Positions 9,650-18,203 are shown, counted from the stretch's first letter. The stretch is DNA of 64,000 nt from Burkholderiales bacterium (GCA_038237415.1 JBBRYR010000008.1:25852-89851); one strand, 5' to 3'. Notes: a model not told the origin generated them from the letters alone. Translations and numbers: made by a program.

Positions 9650-10168
9650 TTAGTTGTGGCCAAACATCCAGATTTTTGTGCCGCCCACATCCAGCTTGGA
9701 CAAAGCAATGCCACCCATGGAGGCGCCGCCGTTACCAGTGGTGATGGAGGCCACGGAGATGTTGAGTCCGTTGGTGCCCGCAACAGCGGGAATGCCGAAC
9801 TGGATCACGTCCTGACCGGTAAAGCCCAGCGGAGCGGCAGCAGCAGTCAATGCAGCTGCAGAAGCACCGAGCGAGAGGCCCGTGCCCATCAAAGCGCCAA
9901 CGGCGGCGGTCTGGAAGTCCGCACCGGAGACCACGTCGATGGTCGCCGCAATCACACCGGTGATACCGATGTTGTTGAAGGCCACGGTGTTGCCGCTATC
10001 GGAGTAAGTGAAAGAGCCAATGCCCACATGCAGATCCGCCACGATGGACACACCGTCCTGGCCGCTGACTTGCGCCAGGCCTTCGTCGTTCACAAGGGTC
10101 ATCGCCGAAGCGGAAAAAGCAAAGGAAGCAAGCAGTGCTGCAGCAGCAGACAATTTGAAAGTTTTCAT
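9650..10168 (-). CDS. Secreted FilA/DUF6160-like subunit 1, probable major subunit (172 aa)
   Basis: RBS AGGAG before MKTFKLSAAAALLASFAFSASA; then MTLVNDEGLAQVSGQDGVSIVADL; C-terminus SMGGIALSKLDVGGTKIWMFGHN. Confidence 0.8.
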   Translation of the reverse strand: MKTFKLSAAAALLASFAFSASAMTLVNDEGLAQVSGQDGVSIVADLHVGIGSFTYSDSGNTVAFNNIGITGVIAATIDVVSGADFQTAAVGALMGTGLSLGASAAALTAAAAPLGFTGQDVIQFGIPAVAGTNGLNISVASITTGNGGASMGGIALSKLDVGGTKIWMFGHN

Positions 10169-10282
10169 GGTGGTTTCTCCTGAGTTGGTAAAGTTTTTTT
10201 GTGCTGACTTGCGCACCCGGTGCTTTGTTGTCAGTACGGGGCTAGTGTCAGATTCAGAACCCCATTCGTCACTGACTGCGCA

Positions 10283-10320
10283 GGCCAAACTATTGGCTTC
10301 CTGGGCCAAGAATTGGCTTC
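10283..10320. promoter_or_regulatory. Tandem direct repeat, candidate AraC-family binding site
   Basis: GGCCAAACTATTGGCTTC (10283-10300) and GGCCAAGAATTGGCTTC (10304-10320), period 20-21 bp, upstream of subunit 1. Confidence 0.45.
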
Positions 10321-10381
10321 AAGGGAATACCCCTATCACGCCAAAACCAGACCAGCATGTCGCTGGTATTGCCCTGTCTGG

Positions 10382-11380
10382 CTAGCGCAGCGTGGGCGTA
10401 TGACCGAACCAGCGCTTGCATGCCCGGTAGAAATTACTCGGGTCGGAGAACCCCAATGCAAACGTGATTTCCGTGGGATTGAATCCACCCTGCTGGATGT
10501 AGGACTCCGCCATCTCACGGCGCACGCTATCGAGCAAATTCAGGTAGGTCGTCCCCTCCTCCGAGAGGCGACGGCACAGGGAACGCTCGCTCATGCCCAG
10601 GTGCGCAGCAATCTCTTTGCGATGCGCTTCGCCTTTGTGCAAGGACTTGACCAGTTCCCTGCGAATACGATCGCTGGTCACACCCACCGTGCGCCGCTGC
10701 ATCTGCTCCGCAATGCGCTCAGACAGCTCCAGAATGGCAGGGTTGGCCGTGGGGATGGGTAGCAACATGCTGGCAGTACCCAGTTCAATCGCGCAGCGCG
10801 GCGCACCAAATTCCACCACATCACCAAACGATTGATGCCACATGAGTGGATTCAGTGGCGCTTCTCCCGGGTGGTACATCTTCAATATTTTTGCGCGCTT
10901 GCCGGATACGATACGGGAGCCTGCTATCACCATGGATGCAAAGAAATCGAATATCGCAGAGGAAATACAACGTCTGCCTGGAACAATTCCCAGGACAAGC
11001 AGACTTCGGTCTGATGAAGTCTGGAAATCGACGGTTGCCATCGGCCAAAACAGCGGAAGGTACCGCGCCAGGAACTGCAGGCTCTCCTGCGGGTTGTTCG
11101 ACGCAAACAACATATGCGACAGCACGCCCAGGGCTCCCAGCGGGTGGCGCGCCATGCGCAGCCCGATATGGGGGTCGCCGGTTCGGGCGACGGCGATTTC
11201 GAAGGCCACGCTCATCGCATCACTCAGACCACCGGCCGGCAGTTGGTCGACCACGGCACTGTAGATGCCCGCCTCAATACACAAAGCCGCACCGTCGAGC
11301 CCAATATTGTTGAAACCCGTGCACAGCGTTTTGTACCAGCTCAGATCAGCAATTGAATTGGAGTCCATCGGGTCGGTCAT
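10382..11380 (-). CDS. AraC-family regulator (OruR/VqsM-like, ligand-binding N-domain)
   Basis: C-terminal double HTH: IAAHLGMSERSLCRRLSEEG ... ALGFSDPSNFYRACKRWFG. Confidence 0.9.
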   Translation of the reverse strand: MTDPMDSNSIADLSWYKTLCTGFNNIGLDGAALCIEAGIYSAVVDQLPAGGLSDAMSVAFEIAVARTGDPHIGLRMARHPLGALGVLSHMLFASNNPQESLQFLARYLPLFWPMATVDFQTSSDRSLLVLGIVPGRRCISSAIFDFFASMVIAGSRIVSGKRAKILKMYHPGEAPLNPLMWHQSFGDVVEFGAPRCAIELGTASMLLPIPTANPAILELSERIAEQMQRRTVGVTSDRIRRELVKSLHKGEAHRKEIAAHLGMSERSLCRRLSEEGTTYLNLLDSVRREMAESYIQQGGFNPTEITFALGFSDPSNFYRACKRWFGHTPTLR

Positions 11381-11518
11381 TCATCCAGAGAGTAGGTTGC
11401 GAGGCCCTTCCAACAGATCGCGATTATTGAAACGATCACCCCGCACCAACATTGGTGTTGACCCTAGGTGACGTGAAAAACGAGGGTGACGTAGAAATCG
11501 CGCGCCCTCAGCCGAAAC

Positions 11519-11550
11519 AAAAAAAGCGGGGGCACAGGCCCCCGCTTTTT
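11519..11550. terminator. Intrinsic terminator
   Basis: AAAAAAAGCGGGGGC-ACAG-GCCCCCGCTTTTT, just downstream of the YidB-like gene. Confidence 0.85.
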
Positions 11551-11565
11551 CTGAGTGTCCTGGTA

Positions 11566-12027
11566 TCAGCGCATCAGCGAGCCCAGCATGCCCATCAAGT
11601 CGCTACCGTTGCCCAAACCACCTTCGGGTGCATGACCGTTTGGCGTCAGCTTGTCCACCAGACCCGGCAGGATGCTGGACAACTGGCCCGCCACGTCGCT
11701 GCTGTCCATGCCCATCTTCGCGGCCATGCCAGAGATGGCATCGCTACCCAGCACGTCGCTGATCTGGTCTGCCGAGATGGGCTGGTTCTGGCCGCTGCCC
11801 ACCCATGAGCCGATCACGTCGCCCATACCCGCCTGCTGGAACTTTGCCATCAACCCGCCCAGACCACCGCTCGCGCCGTCGTTGCCCAGCATGCCCGTGA
11901 TGGCCTGCAGAATTTGGGGGTTGCTGGCAACCATGCCCATCAGGCCGCCGAGTCCGCCAGCAGCTGCGCCCTCAGTTTGCGTGTTGTTGTTCAAGACCGA
12001 TTGCAGCACTGAATCGAGTAAGCCCAT
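11566..12027 (-). CDS. YidB/DUF937-family protein
   Basis: MGLLDSVL start; GGLGGLMAKFQQAGMGDVIGSWVGSGQNQPIS and LPGLVDKLTPNG motifs. Confidence 0.9.
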   Translation of the reverse strand: MGLLDSVLQSVLNNNTQTEGAAAGGLGGLMGMVASNPQILQAITGMLGNDGASGGLGGLMAKFQQAGMGDVIGSWVGSGQNQPISADQISDVLGSDAISGMAAKMGMDSSDVAGQLSSILPGLVDKLTPNGHAPEGGLGNGSDLMGMLGSLMR

Positions 12028-12330
12028 GGTTTTTCTCCGAGATTGGATGACTATGAAATAGAGAATGAAATTGTGACCTATCGACGCAAAAAAAGGTACT
12101 GCCTGAGGCGCCCTTATCTTCACTTCACTCCGCGATTCCGGCATTTCGTCACAAATTGGTGGTTGTCGAAAAAGGCTGCAGGCAAAGTTCGTTCCATCGC
12201 AGCCAAGCCGAAGAACCCACCATGCCACTCACACCCACACTTGCGCGCCCAGAGTCGCCACCGGGAGCACTATGAACGCACTCACTTCATTGAACCCGAA
12301 TGACCCCTGTTAAGGCAGAATTGACTCCAC

Positions 12331-12627
12331 ATGACAACACCTCTCACCCCCGAAGCCCTTGAAAAATTGGCCCGCAAGCGCGCAGGCGCCAAGCTGGGCT
12401 GGTATGCCCATGCCAGCGTGTTTGTGCTGGTCAACCTGTTCGTGTTCTCCCTGTCGGAGTACGCGTTTGGCACCCGCGCCTGGTCCATCAAGCCGCTGCT
12501 GGGCTGGGGGCTGGGGCTGTGCCTGCATGGCATTGCGGTGTGGTTTCTGGGTGCTGGCGGCAACCTGCGCGAAGGCCTGGTGCAGCGCGAGCGCGAACGC
12601 CTTCAGCGCGAGCAAGACAAGCGCTGA
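12331..12627 (+). CDS. 2TM-domain membrane protein
   Basis: ARKRAGAK-GWYAHASVFVLVN ... LGWGLGLCLHG pattern; 6 nt upstream of the kinase. Confidence 0.85.
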   Translation: MTTPLTPEALEKLARKRAGAKLGWYAHASVFVLVNLFVFSLSEYAFGTRAWSIKPLLGWGLGLCLHGIAVWFLGAGGNLREGLVQRERERLQREQDKR

Positions 12628-12633
12628 CCCACC

Positions 12634-13683
12634 ATGAAAATTGACTGGCTGAACAAGCTGCAATACTTTTTGCAGACCATGGCGTTTTGCCTGGCGGTGT
12701 CGGCCATTCAGTACGCGTTTCAGCCACAGTGGGCTTATGAGATTGCGCTGGTCTATTCAGTCTGCATCGGCACCTGTATCTGGGCGCTGACCGACTTTGG
12801 GCGCCATCTGGTGCCCTCGGCAGCAGAGACCGGTTGGCCCCAGGGCGCGGCCGGGTTTGCATTGCCCCTGGTCGCCATGGTGCTGGGCTATGTGCTGGGC
12901 ACACTGGCCGGTGATCAGGTGTTTGGCTGGTCGTCATGGAGCTTTCAGGCGGGCTCGAAGCTGCCCGCCTCCATCATCATCACGGGGCTGGCCGGCACCG
13001 CAGCCTCGTATTACTTCTACACCAGGACCCGGCATGGCTACCTGCAGCGCCGGGTAGAAGAAGCGCGCGGCCAGGCCATGGAGTCGCGCCTCAAGCTGCT
13101 GGAAACCCAGCTGGAGCCCCACATGCTGTTCAACACGCTGGCCAACCTGCGTGCGCTCATCGGCACCGACCCCACCCGCGCCCAGACCATGCTGGACCAC
13201 ATGGTGGCTTACCTGCGCGCCACGCTCAGCGCATCGCGCTCCAGCACGCACCCGCTGGAGCGCGAGTTTGAACGACTGAAGGACTACCTGGAGCTGATGG
13301 CCATCCGCATGGGCCCCCGCCTGCAGTTCACACTGGATCTTCCCGACGACTTGCGCCAGCACCCCCTGCCGTCCTTGCTGCTGCAGCCGCTGGTAGAAAA
13401 CAGCATTCAGCACGGCCTGGAGCCCAAGGTAGCGGGCGGCAGCATCACCGTGCGCGCCCGGCGCAGCGGCAACCGGCTGACGCTGGAAGTAGAAGACACC
13501 GGCATGGGTTTCGATGCCGCCCGTGCAGGCGCAGGCAGTGCCGCGCAGGACGGCCGGGGCTTTGGGCTGAGCCAGGTGCGCGAGCGCCTGGCCACCACCT
13601 ACGGAACAGAAGCCGCTATCAATTTGATAGCTGGTAGCGCAGGTGGTACGCGGGCTAGCATCACTTTTCCTTGCAAACCATGA
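12634..13683 (+). CDS. LytS/AlgZ-type sensor histidine kinase
   Basis: TM region, ETQLEPHMLFNTLAN H-box, LQPLVENSIQHG N-box, EDTGMG and GFGLSQVRERL. Confidence 0.95.
   Translation: MKIDWLNKLQYFLQTMAFCLAVSAIQYAFQPQWAYEIALVYSVCIGTCIWALTDFGRHLVPSAAETGWPQGAAGFALPLVAMVLGYVLGTLAGDQVFGWSSWSFQAGSKLPASIIITGLAGTAASYYFYTRTRHGYLQRRVEEARGQAMESRLKLLETQLEPHMLFNTLANLRALIGTDPTRAQTMLDHMVAYLRATLSASRSSTHPLEREFERLKDYLELMAIRMGPRLQFTLDLPDDLRQHPLPSLLLQPLVENSIQHGLEPKVAGGSITVRARRSGNRLTLEVEDTGMGFDAARAGAGSAAQDGRGFGLSQVRERLATTYGTEAAINLIAGSAGGTRASITFPCKP
13614..13658 (+). repeat. 45-bp repeat family A, copy in frame inside the kinase CDS
   Basis: CGCTATCAATTTGATAGC-TGGTAGCGC-AGGTGGTAC-GCGGGCTAG aligns without gaps to the intergenic copies. 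Confidence 0.75.
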
Positions 13684-14498
13684 CACCAAAAGCCCCCACG
13701 GCCCTGATTGCGGAAGACGAGCCCCTGCTGGCCGCGGCCCTGCAGGCTGAGCTGGCGCACGCATGGCCAGCACTGCAGGTGGTGGCCACGGTGGGCGACG
13801 GCGCCTCGGCCGTGCAGCAGGCGCTGGCCCTGCAACCTGACGTGCTGTTTTTTGATATTCGCATGCCCGGCATGGGCGGGCTGGAGGCCGCTGCCGAGCT
13901 GGCCGACCTGTGGCCCACGGCGCCCGCCGGTGGCTTGCCAGCGCGGCCCTTCCCCGCACTGGTGTTTGTGACCGCTTACGACCAATACGCCGTGCAGGCC
14001 TTTGAGGCCCAGGCGGTGGACTACCTGCTCAAGCCCGTACAAACCGCGCGCCTGCAGAAAACAGTGGCAAAACTGCAGCTAGCCCTCGCCAAACCTGCGC
14101 AAGCTGCTATGGATTTGGAAGCAACGCTGGGCCAGCTGCGCGGTTTGCTTGCGCCACCTCAGCCCGCTAACCCGCTGCTGAAAATGATTCAGGTCAGCGT
14201 GGGCAGTGCCATCCGCATGGTGCCGATGGACGACGTGGTGTACTTTGAAGCCGCCGACAAATACCTGCGCGTGCTCACCGCCGGGCACGAGTATTTGATC
14301 CGCACCCCCATCAAAGACCTGTTGCCCCAGCTCGACCCCCAGCTGTTCTGGCAAGTGCACCGGGGCACCGTGGTGCGGGTGGAGCAAATTGCCTCGGTAC
14401 ACCGCGACGAGGCTGGCAAAACCAGCGTCAGCCTGCGCGACCGCGCCGAGAAGCTGGCCGTGAGCCGCCTCTACGCGCATCTGTTTCGAGCCATGTAG
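13680..14498 (+). CDS. LytTR-family response regulator
   Basis: IAEDE, FFDIRMPG, FVTAYD, YLLKP receiver motifs; C-terminal LytTR FWQVHRGTVV; ATGA overlap with the kinase stop. Confidence 0.95.
   Translation: MTPKAPTALIAEDEPLLAAALQAELAHAWPALQVVATVGDGASAVQQALALQPDVLFFDIRMPGMGGLEAAAELADLWPTAPAGGLPARPFPALVFVTAYDQYAVQAFEAQAVDYLLKPVQTARLQKTVAKLQLALAKPAQAAMDLEATLGQLRGLLAPPQPANPLLKMIQVSVGSAIRMVPMDDVVYFEAADKYLRVLTAGHEYLIRTPIKDLLPQLDPQLFWQVHRGTVVRVEQIASVHRDEAGKTSVSLRDRAEKLAVSRLYAHLFRAM
14079..14123 (-). repeat. 45-bp repeat family A, antisense copy inside the regulator linker
   Basis: Reverse complement reads TGCTTCCAAATCCATAGC-AGCTTGCGC-AGGTTTGGC-GAGGGCTAG. Confidence 0.75.
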
Positions 14499-14587
14499 CC
14501 ACGGGGGTTTAACCAGGTTTACTTGGCATGAAGCGCTGGTGCACACTACGATGGTGCCTATAAAGACTTCAAAAGAAAGAGACCAGC

Positions 14588-15178
14588 ATGACGATTCAAT
14601 ACACCTCGGTGGCCAACCACCTGCCCGAGAACAAAATGCGGCTGTACCCCACCAAGGTGATCAACGTCATTGGCGGGCCGGGTTGCGACAAATCGCTGGT
14701 GACCTCTGCCATCATCCTGTTCCTGAAGCTGCATGACAAAACGGTTGAGGTGATACCTGATTACGCCAAGTCCCTGGTGTGGCAGCAAAACTTTGAAGTG
14801 CTCAAAAACCAGTATTTCATTGCCCAGCGCCAGTACGAAATGCTGAACCTGCTGGACGGGCAAATCCAGTTCCTGATTACCGAGTGCTCCCTGCCCCAGG
14901 TGCTGTACTACAACGAAAACTACGCCGACAACATTTGCGACATCGGCAAAACCCGCACCCAGATTCTGAACTGGTACAAGCAGCACAACAACATCAACGT
15001 GCTGGTGGAACGCGGCGACCGCAAATACATTCACACCGGTCGTTTTCAGGACGAAGAACAGGCCAAGGGCATTGACCGCGGCCTGCGCGGCATATTGACC
15101 CGCGAGGGGCTGCGCTACACCGCCCTGCCGGGCAATGTGGAAGCCATCAACGCCTTTGCGGCAACCCTTCTGGAATAG
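14588..15178 (+). CDS. NadR-like/AAA_28 P-loop kinase-fold protein with a variant Walker A
   Basis: VINVIGGPGCDKS, EVIPDYAKSLVW, QFLITEC, GRFQDEEQA. Confidence 0.75.
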   Translation: MTIQYTSVANHLPENKMRLYPTKVINVIGGPGCDKSLVTSAIILFLKLHDKTVEVIPDYAKSLVWQQNFEVLKNQYFIAQRQYEMLNLLDGQIQFLITECSLPQVLYYNENYADNICDIGKTRTQILNWYKQHNNINVLVERGDRKYIHTGRFQDEEQAKGIDRGLRGILTREGLRYTALPGNVEAINAFAATLLE

Positions 15179-16298
15179 GCCGCAAGCCTGCTGGCACATA
15201 CCGGCTCAGGCGGGCGTTGATAGCGGCTTCGTGCCGCTGCCACCACACGCCCAGCCACACCACGGCAAGGCCCAGCAGCGTCAGCGCGAACGGGAACATC
15301 AGGCTGTCTTTGAACACCCGGTGCGACAGGTAGCCCAGGTACATGGCCACACCCAAAGCGCCCAGCACGGTAAACACCCGCCGCCCAATGGCTGCGCCCA
15401 GGAATACCAGCGCCACGTTCAGCAGCGCAAACAAAAACTTGCCCAGTTCGTCGCTACTGTCCCGCAGGCTCAGGCCACACCAGAACATGATGGCGCCCAA
15501 CATATACAGCCAATACGCGTAGTCTTGCCGCCACGCGGCCGCGTGGGCCTGGCGGCTGCGCACATCCACCCACATGGCCACCGCACAGGTGCCCAGGCCA
15601 AACACCAGCGACACATCGCGGGTGAACTGCCAGTCAAACCCGGTGTTTTGCATCAGGCCATTGGCCACATCCATGCTCATGTACCAGACGGTTACTGCAA
15701 TCGGCATCACCATGAAGGGCAGCCGGTAGCGCCACAGCATCACCACGCCTGCGGCCAGCGTGGCAAATTCAAGCGTCATCCAGCGCCAGTCAATGTGCGT
15801 GTGGTAGGCCGAATAGCTGCTGGGGCCACCCGGCGGCCACAGGCCCATCAAATTTTGCACGCACCACACCGCCAGCGGCACCAGGCACACCGCCAGCGTG
15901 GCCAATATGCCGGCGGGCACGGGCAGGCTGCGCGCCTTGAAGTGGTCGGCCACCTTCAGGCAGGCAAAACCATAGGCCAGGCTGATGGCCAGCAGCCCGC
16001 CCGGGCCAAACGACTCCCAGCCCAGCGTCATGAAAAGCGTCATGGCGCTGATGGCCACCATGCCGCCAAAGTAATACAGCACGTTCACAAAGCCAAATTG
16101 GGGCCCGGTGGCATGCACAGGCGCGCTGGCGGCCGCACCGGGTGCGCTGCTGCGCTGGTGGTCCCGCTGGTCCAGCCAGCGCCACAGGTCCAGCGCCTGC
16201 TGTTCGCTGACGATGCCCACAAGGGCCGCGTCCTTGACGTCCTGCAAGCGCAGGTCAATCACGCCCGGGGCGGTGTCGTTGAATTCTCTTTGGCTCAT
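15147..16298 (-). CDS. DUF2157-like multi-TM membrane protein
   Basis: N-terminal GIVSEQQALDLW, NVLYYFGGMVAISAM, about 10 TMs. Confidence 0.75.
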   Translation of the reverse strand: MSQREFNDTAPGVIDLRLQDVKDAALVGIVSEQQALDLWRWLDQRDHQRSSAPGAAASAPVHATGPQFGFVNVLYYFGGMVAISAMTLFMTLGWESFGPGGLLAISLAYGFACLKVADHFKARSLPVPAGILATLAVCLVPLAVWCVQNLMGLWPPGGPSSYSAYHTHIDWRWMTLEFATLAAGVVMLWRYRLPFMVMPIAVTVWYMSMDVANGLMQNTGFDWQFTRDVSLVFGLGTCAVAMWVDVRSRQAHAAAWRQDYAYWLYMLGAIMFWCGLSLRDSSDELGKFLFALLNVALVFLGAAIGRRVFTVLGALGVAMYLGYLSHRVFKDSLMFPFALTLLGLAVVWLGVWWQRHEAAINARLSRYVPAGLRPIPEGLPQRR

Positions 16299-16376
16299 TT
16301 TTAGTCCTCAATCCCTCGAATGATCATACCGTTTGGGCCCTGCAGGCTGGTGCCTTGGCCGTCTAGAATCGTACGC

Positions 16377-18203
16377 ATGAGCTCCCCAATACCTGCCTCC
16401 CCCGACACCACCCCCAAAGTCAGCAACTTTTTGCGCCAGATCATCGAAAAAGACCTGGCTGAGGGCACCTACGCCACCCGCCGCTGGGCCGGCAGCCCCG
16501 GCGACGCCGCCCACCACGCTGCGGGCCAGCCAGACCCCGCCAAAATCCGCACCCGCTTTCCGCCCGAGCCCAATGGCTACCTGCACATTGGCCACGCCAA
16601 AAGCATCTGCATCAACTTCGGCCTGGCGCGCGACTATGGTGGCGTGTGCCACCTGCGCTTTGACGACACCAACCCCGAAAAAGAAGACACCGAGTATGTG
16701 AACAGCATCATCGACGCGGTGAAATGGCTGGGCTTTGACTGGAACGGCAGCCCCGACGCACCGGCTTACCAGGCCAGCGACTACTTTGACTTCATGTACC
16801 GCGCAGCGGAGCATTTGATTCAAGCCGACCTGGCCTATGTGGACGAGCAAACCGCCGAAGAAATGCGCCTCAACCGGGGCGACTTTGGCAAGCCCGGCAT
16901 TGACAGCATCTTTCGCGGCCGCTCTGCGGCTGACAACCTGGCCCGCTTTCGTGAAATGCGCGACGGCCAACACGAAGACGGCTCCATGGTGCTGCGCGCC
17001 AAGATCGACATGGCCAGCCCCAACATCAACATGCGCGACCCGGCCATCTACCGCATACGCCGCGCCACGCACCACAACACGGGTGACACCTGGTGCATCT
17101 ACCCCATGTACACCTTTGCGCACCCCATTGAGGACGCGCTGGAGCAAATCACCCACAGCCTGTGCACGCTGGAGTTTGAAGACCAGCGCCCGTTTTATGA
17201 CTGGCTGATGGAGCGCCTGTGCGAAGGTGGCCTGCTGGCCGCACCTTCACCCAAGCAATATGAGTTTGCCCGCCTCAACCTGACCTATGTCATCACCAGC
17301 AAACGCAAGCTGGCGCAACTGGTGTACGACCACAAGGTCAACGGCTGGGACGACCCCCGCATGCCAACCATCGTCGGCCTGCGCCGCCGTGGCTACACGC
17401 CCGAGAGTCTGCAAATGTTTGCCGAACGCATAGGCGTGACCAAGAGCGACAGCTGGATCGACTACAGCACGCTGGAAGGCTGCCTGCGCGAAGACCTGGA
17501 GGCCAAAGCCCACCGTGGCATGGCCGTGCTGAACCCCGTGAAGCTGATCATGACCAACTGGGACGAGGTGATGGGTGCCGGCCACTTGGAGCCCTGCACC
17601 CAGCCCGCCCTGCCCCACCAGAACCATGAAGCGACGCATGGCGTCGCGGAAGGTGTTGAACCCGTAGTGCGCCACTTCACCATCGGCAAAGAGGTTTGGA
17701 TTGACCGCGAAGATTTTGAAGAAGTGCCACCCAAAGGCTACAAGCGCTTGTTCCCTGGCAACAAAGTGCGCCTGAAGGGCGGCTATGTGATCGAGTGCAC
17801 CGGCTGCACCAAGGATGCGAATGGCGTCATCACCGAAGTGCTAGCCACCGTGGTGCCCGACACCAAGAGCGGCACACCCGGCAGTGAGACCGTGAAGGTG
17901 AAAGCCGCCATCACCTGGGTGGGCGTGGCCAACGGCGTGAACGCCGAAGTGCGCATGTATGACCGCCTGTTTAGCGACGCCCAGCCCGACGCGGGCGGCA
18001 AAGACTTTATTGAGAGCTTGAACCCGAACAGCTTGAAGGTAGTGACGGCGATTGTTGAGCCTTCATTGGCAAACGCTCTACCGGACCAGAAGTTTCAGTT
18101 TGAGCGGCATGGGTACTTTGTGGCGGATCGGGTGGATCATGTGCAGGGCTCCAAGCCGGTGTTTAACTTGGCGGTGGGGTTGAAGGATAGTTGGGGGAAG
18201 TAG
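16377..18203 (+). CDS. glnS: Glutamine--tRNA ligase
   Basis: RTRFPPEPNGYLHIGHAKSIC (HIGH), TSKRKL (KMSKS equivalent), QFERHGYF; start at MSSP 16377. Confidence 0.97.
   Translation: MSSPIPASPDTTPKVSNFLRQIIEKDLAEGTYATRRWAGSPGDAAHHAAGQPDPAKIRTRFPPEPNGYLHIGHAKSICINFGLARDYGGVCHLRFDDTNPEKEDTEYVNSIIDAVKWLGFDWNGSPDAPAYQASDYFDFMYRAAEHLIQADLAYVDEQTAEEMRLNRGDFGKPGIDSIFRGRSAADNLARFREMRDGQHEDGSMVLRAKIDMASPNINMRDPAIYRIRRATHHNTGDTWCIYPMYTFAHPIEDALEQITHSLCTLEFEDQRPFYDWLMERLCEGGLLAAPSPKQYEFARLNLTYVITSKRKLAQLVYDHKVNGWDDPRMPTIVGLRRRGYTPESLQMFAERIGVTKSDSWIDYSTLEGCLREDLEAKAHRGMAVLNPVKLIMTNWDEVMGAGHLEPCTQPALPHQNHEATHGVAEGVEPVVRHFTIGKEVWIDREDFEEVPPKGYKRLFPGNKVRLKGGYVIECTGCTKDANGVITEVLATVVPDTKSGTPGSETVKVKAAITWVGVANGVNAEVRMYDRLFSDAQPDAGGKDFIESLNPNSLKVVTAIVEPSLANALPDQKFQFERHGYFVADRVDHVQGSKPVFNLAVGLKDSWGK

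Noticed and set aside
6545-10168. Bacteriocin/RiPP biosynthetic cluster
   Set aside because: The C39 is not fused to an ABC transporter, there are no modifying enzymes, and the leader-bearing proteins are large and have Sec signals.
12120-12330. LytTR tandem binding site upstream of the 2TM gene
   Set aside because: The only similar motifs are 17 bp apart rather than the usual ~21-22 bp and match poorly.
16320-16376. N-terminal extensions in the ORF track (glnS, and similarly gor, PFK, gshA, both AraC-adjacent ORFs, fibre subunits)
   Set aside because: Extensions lack homology-like features or run through repeats and promoters; downstream ATGs match family N-termini or RBS positions.
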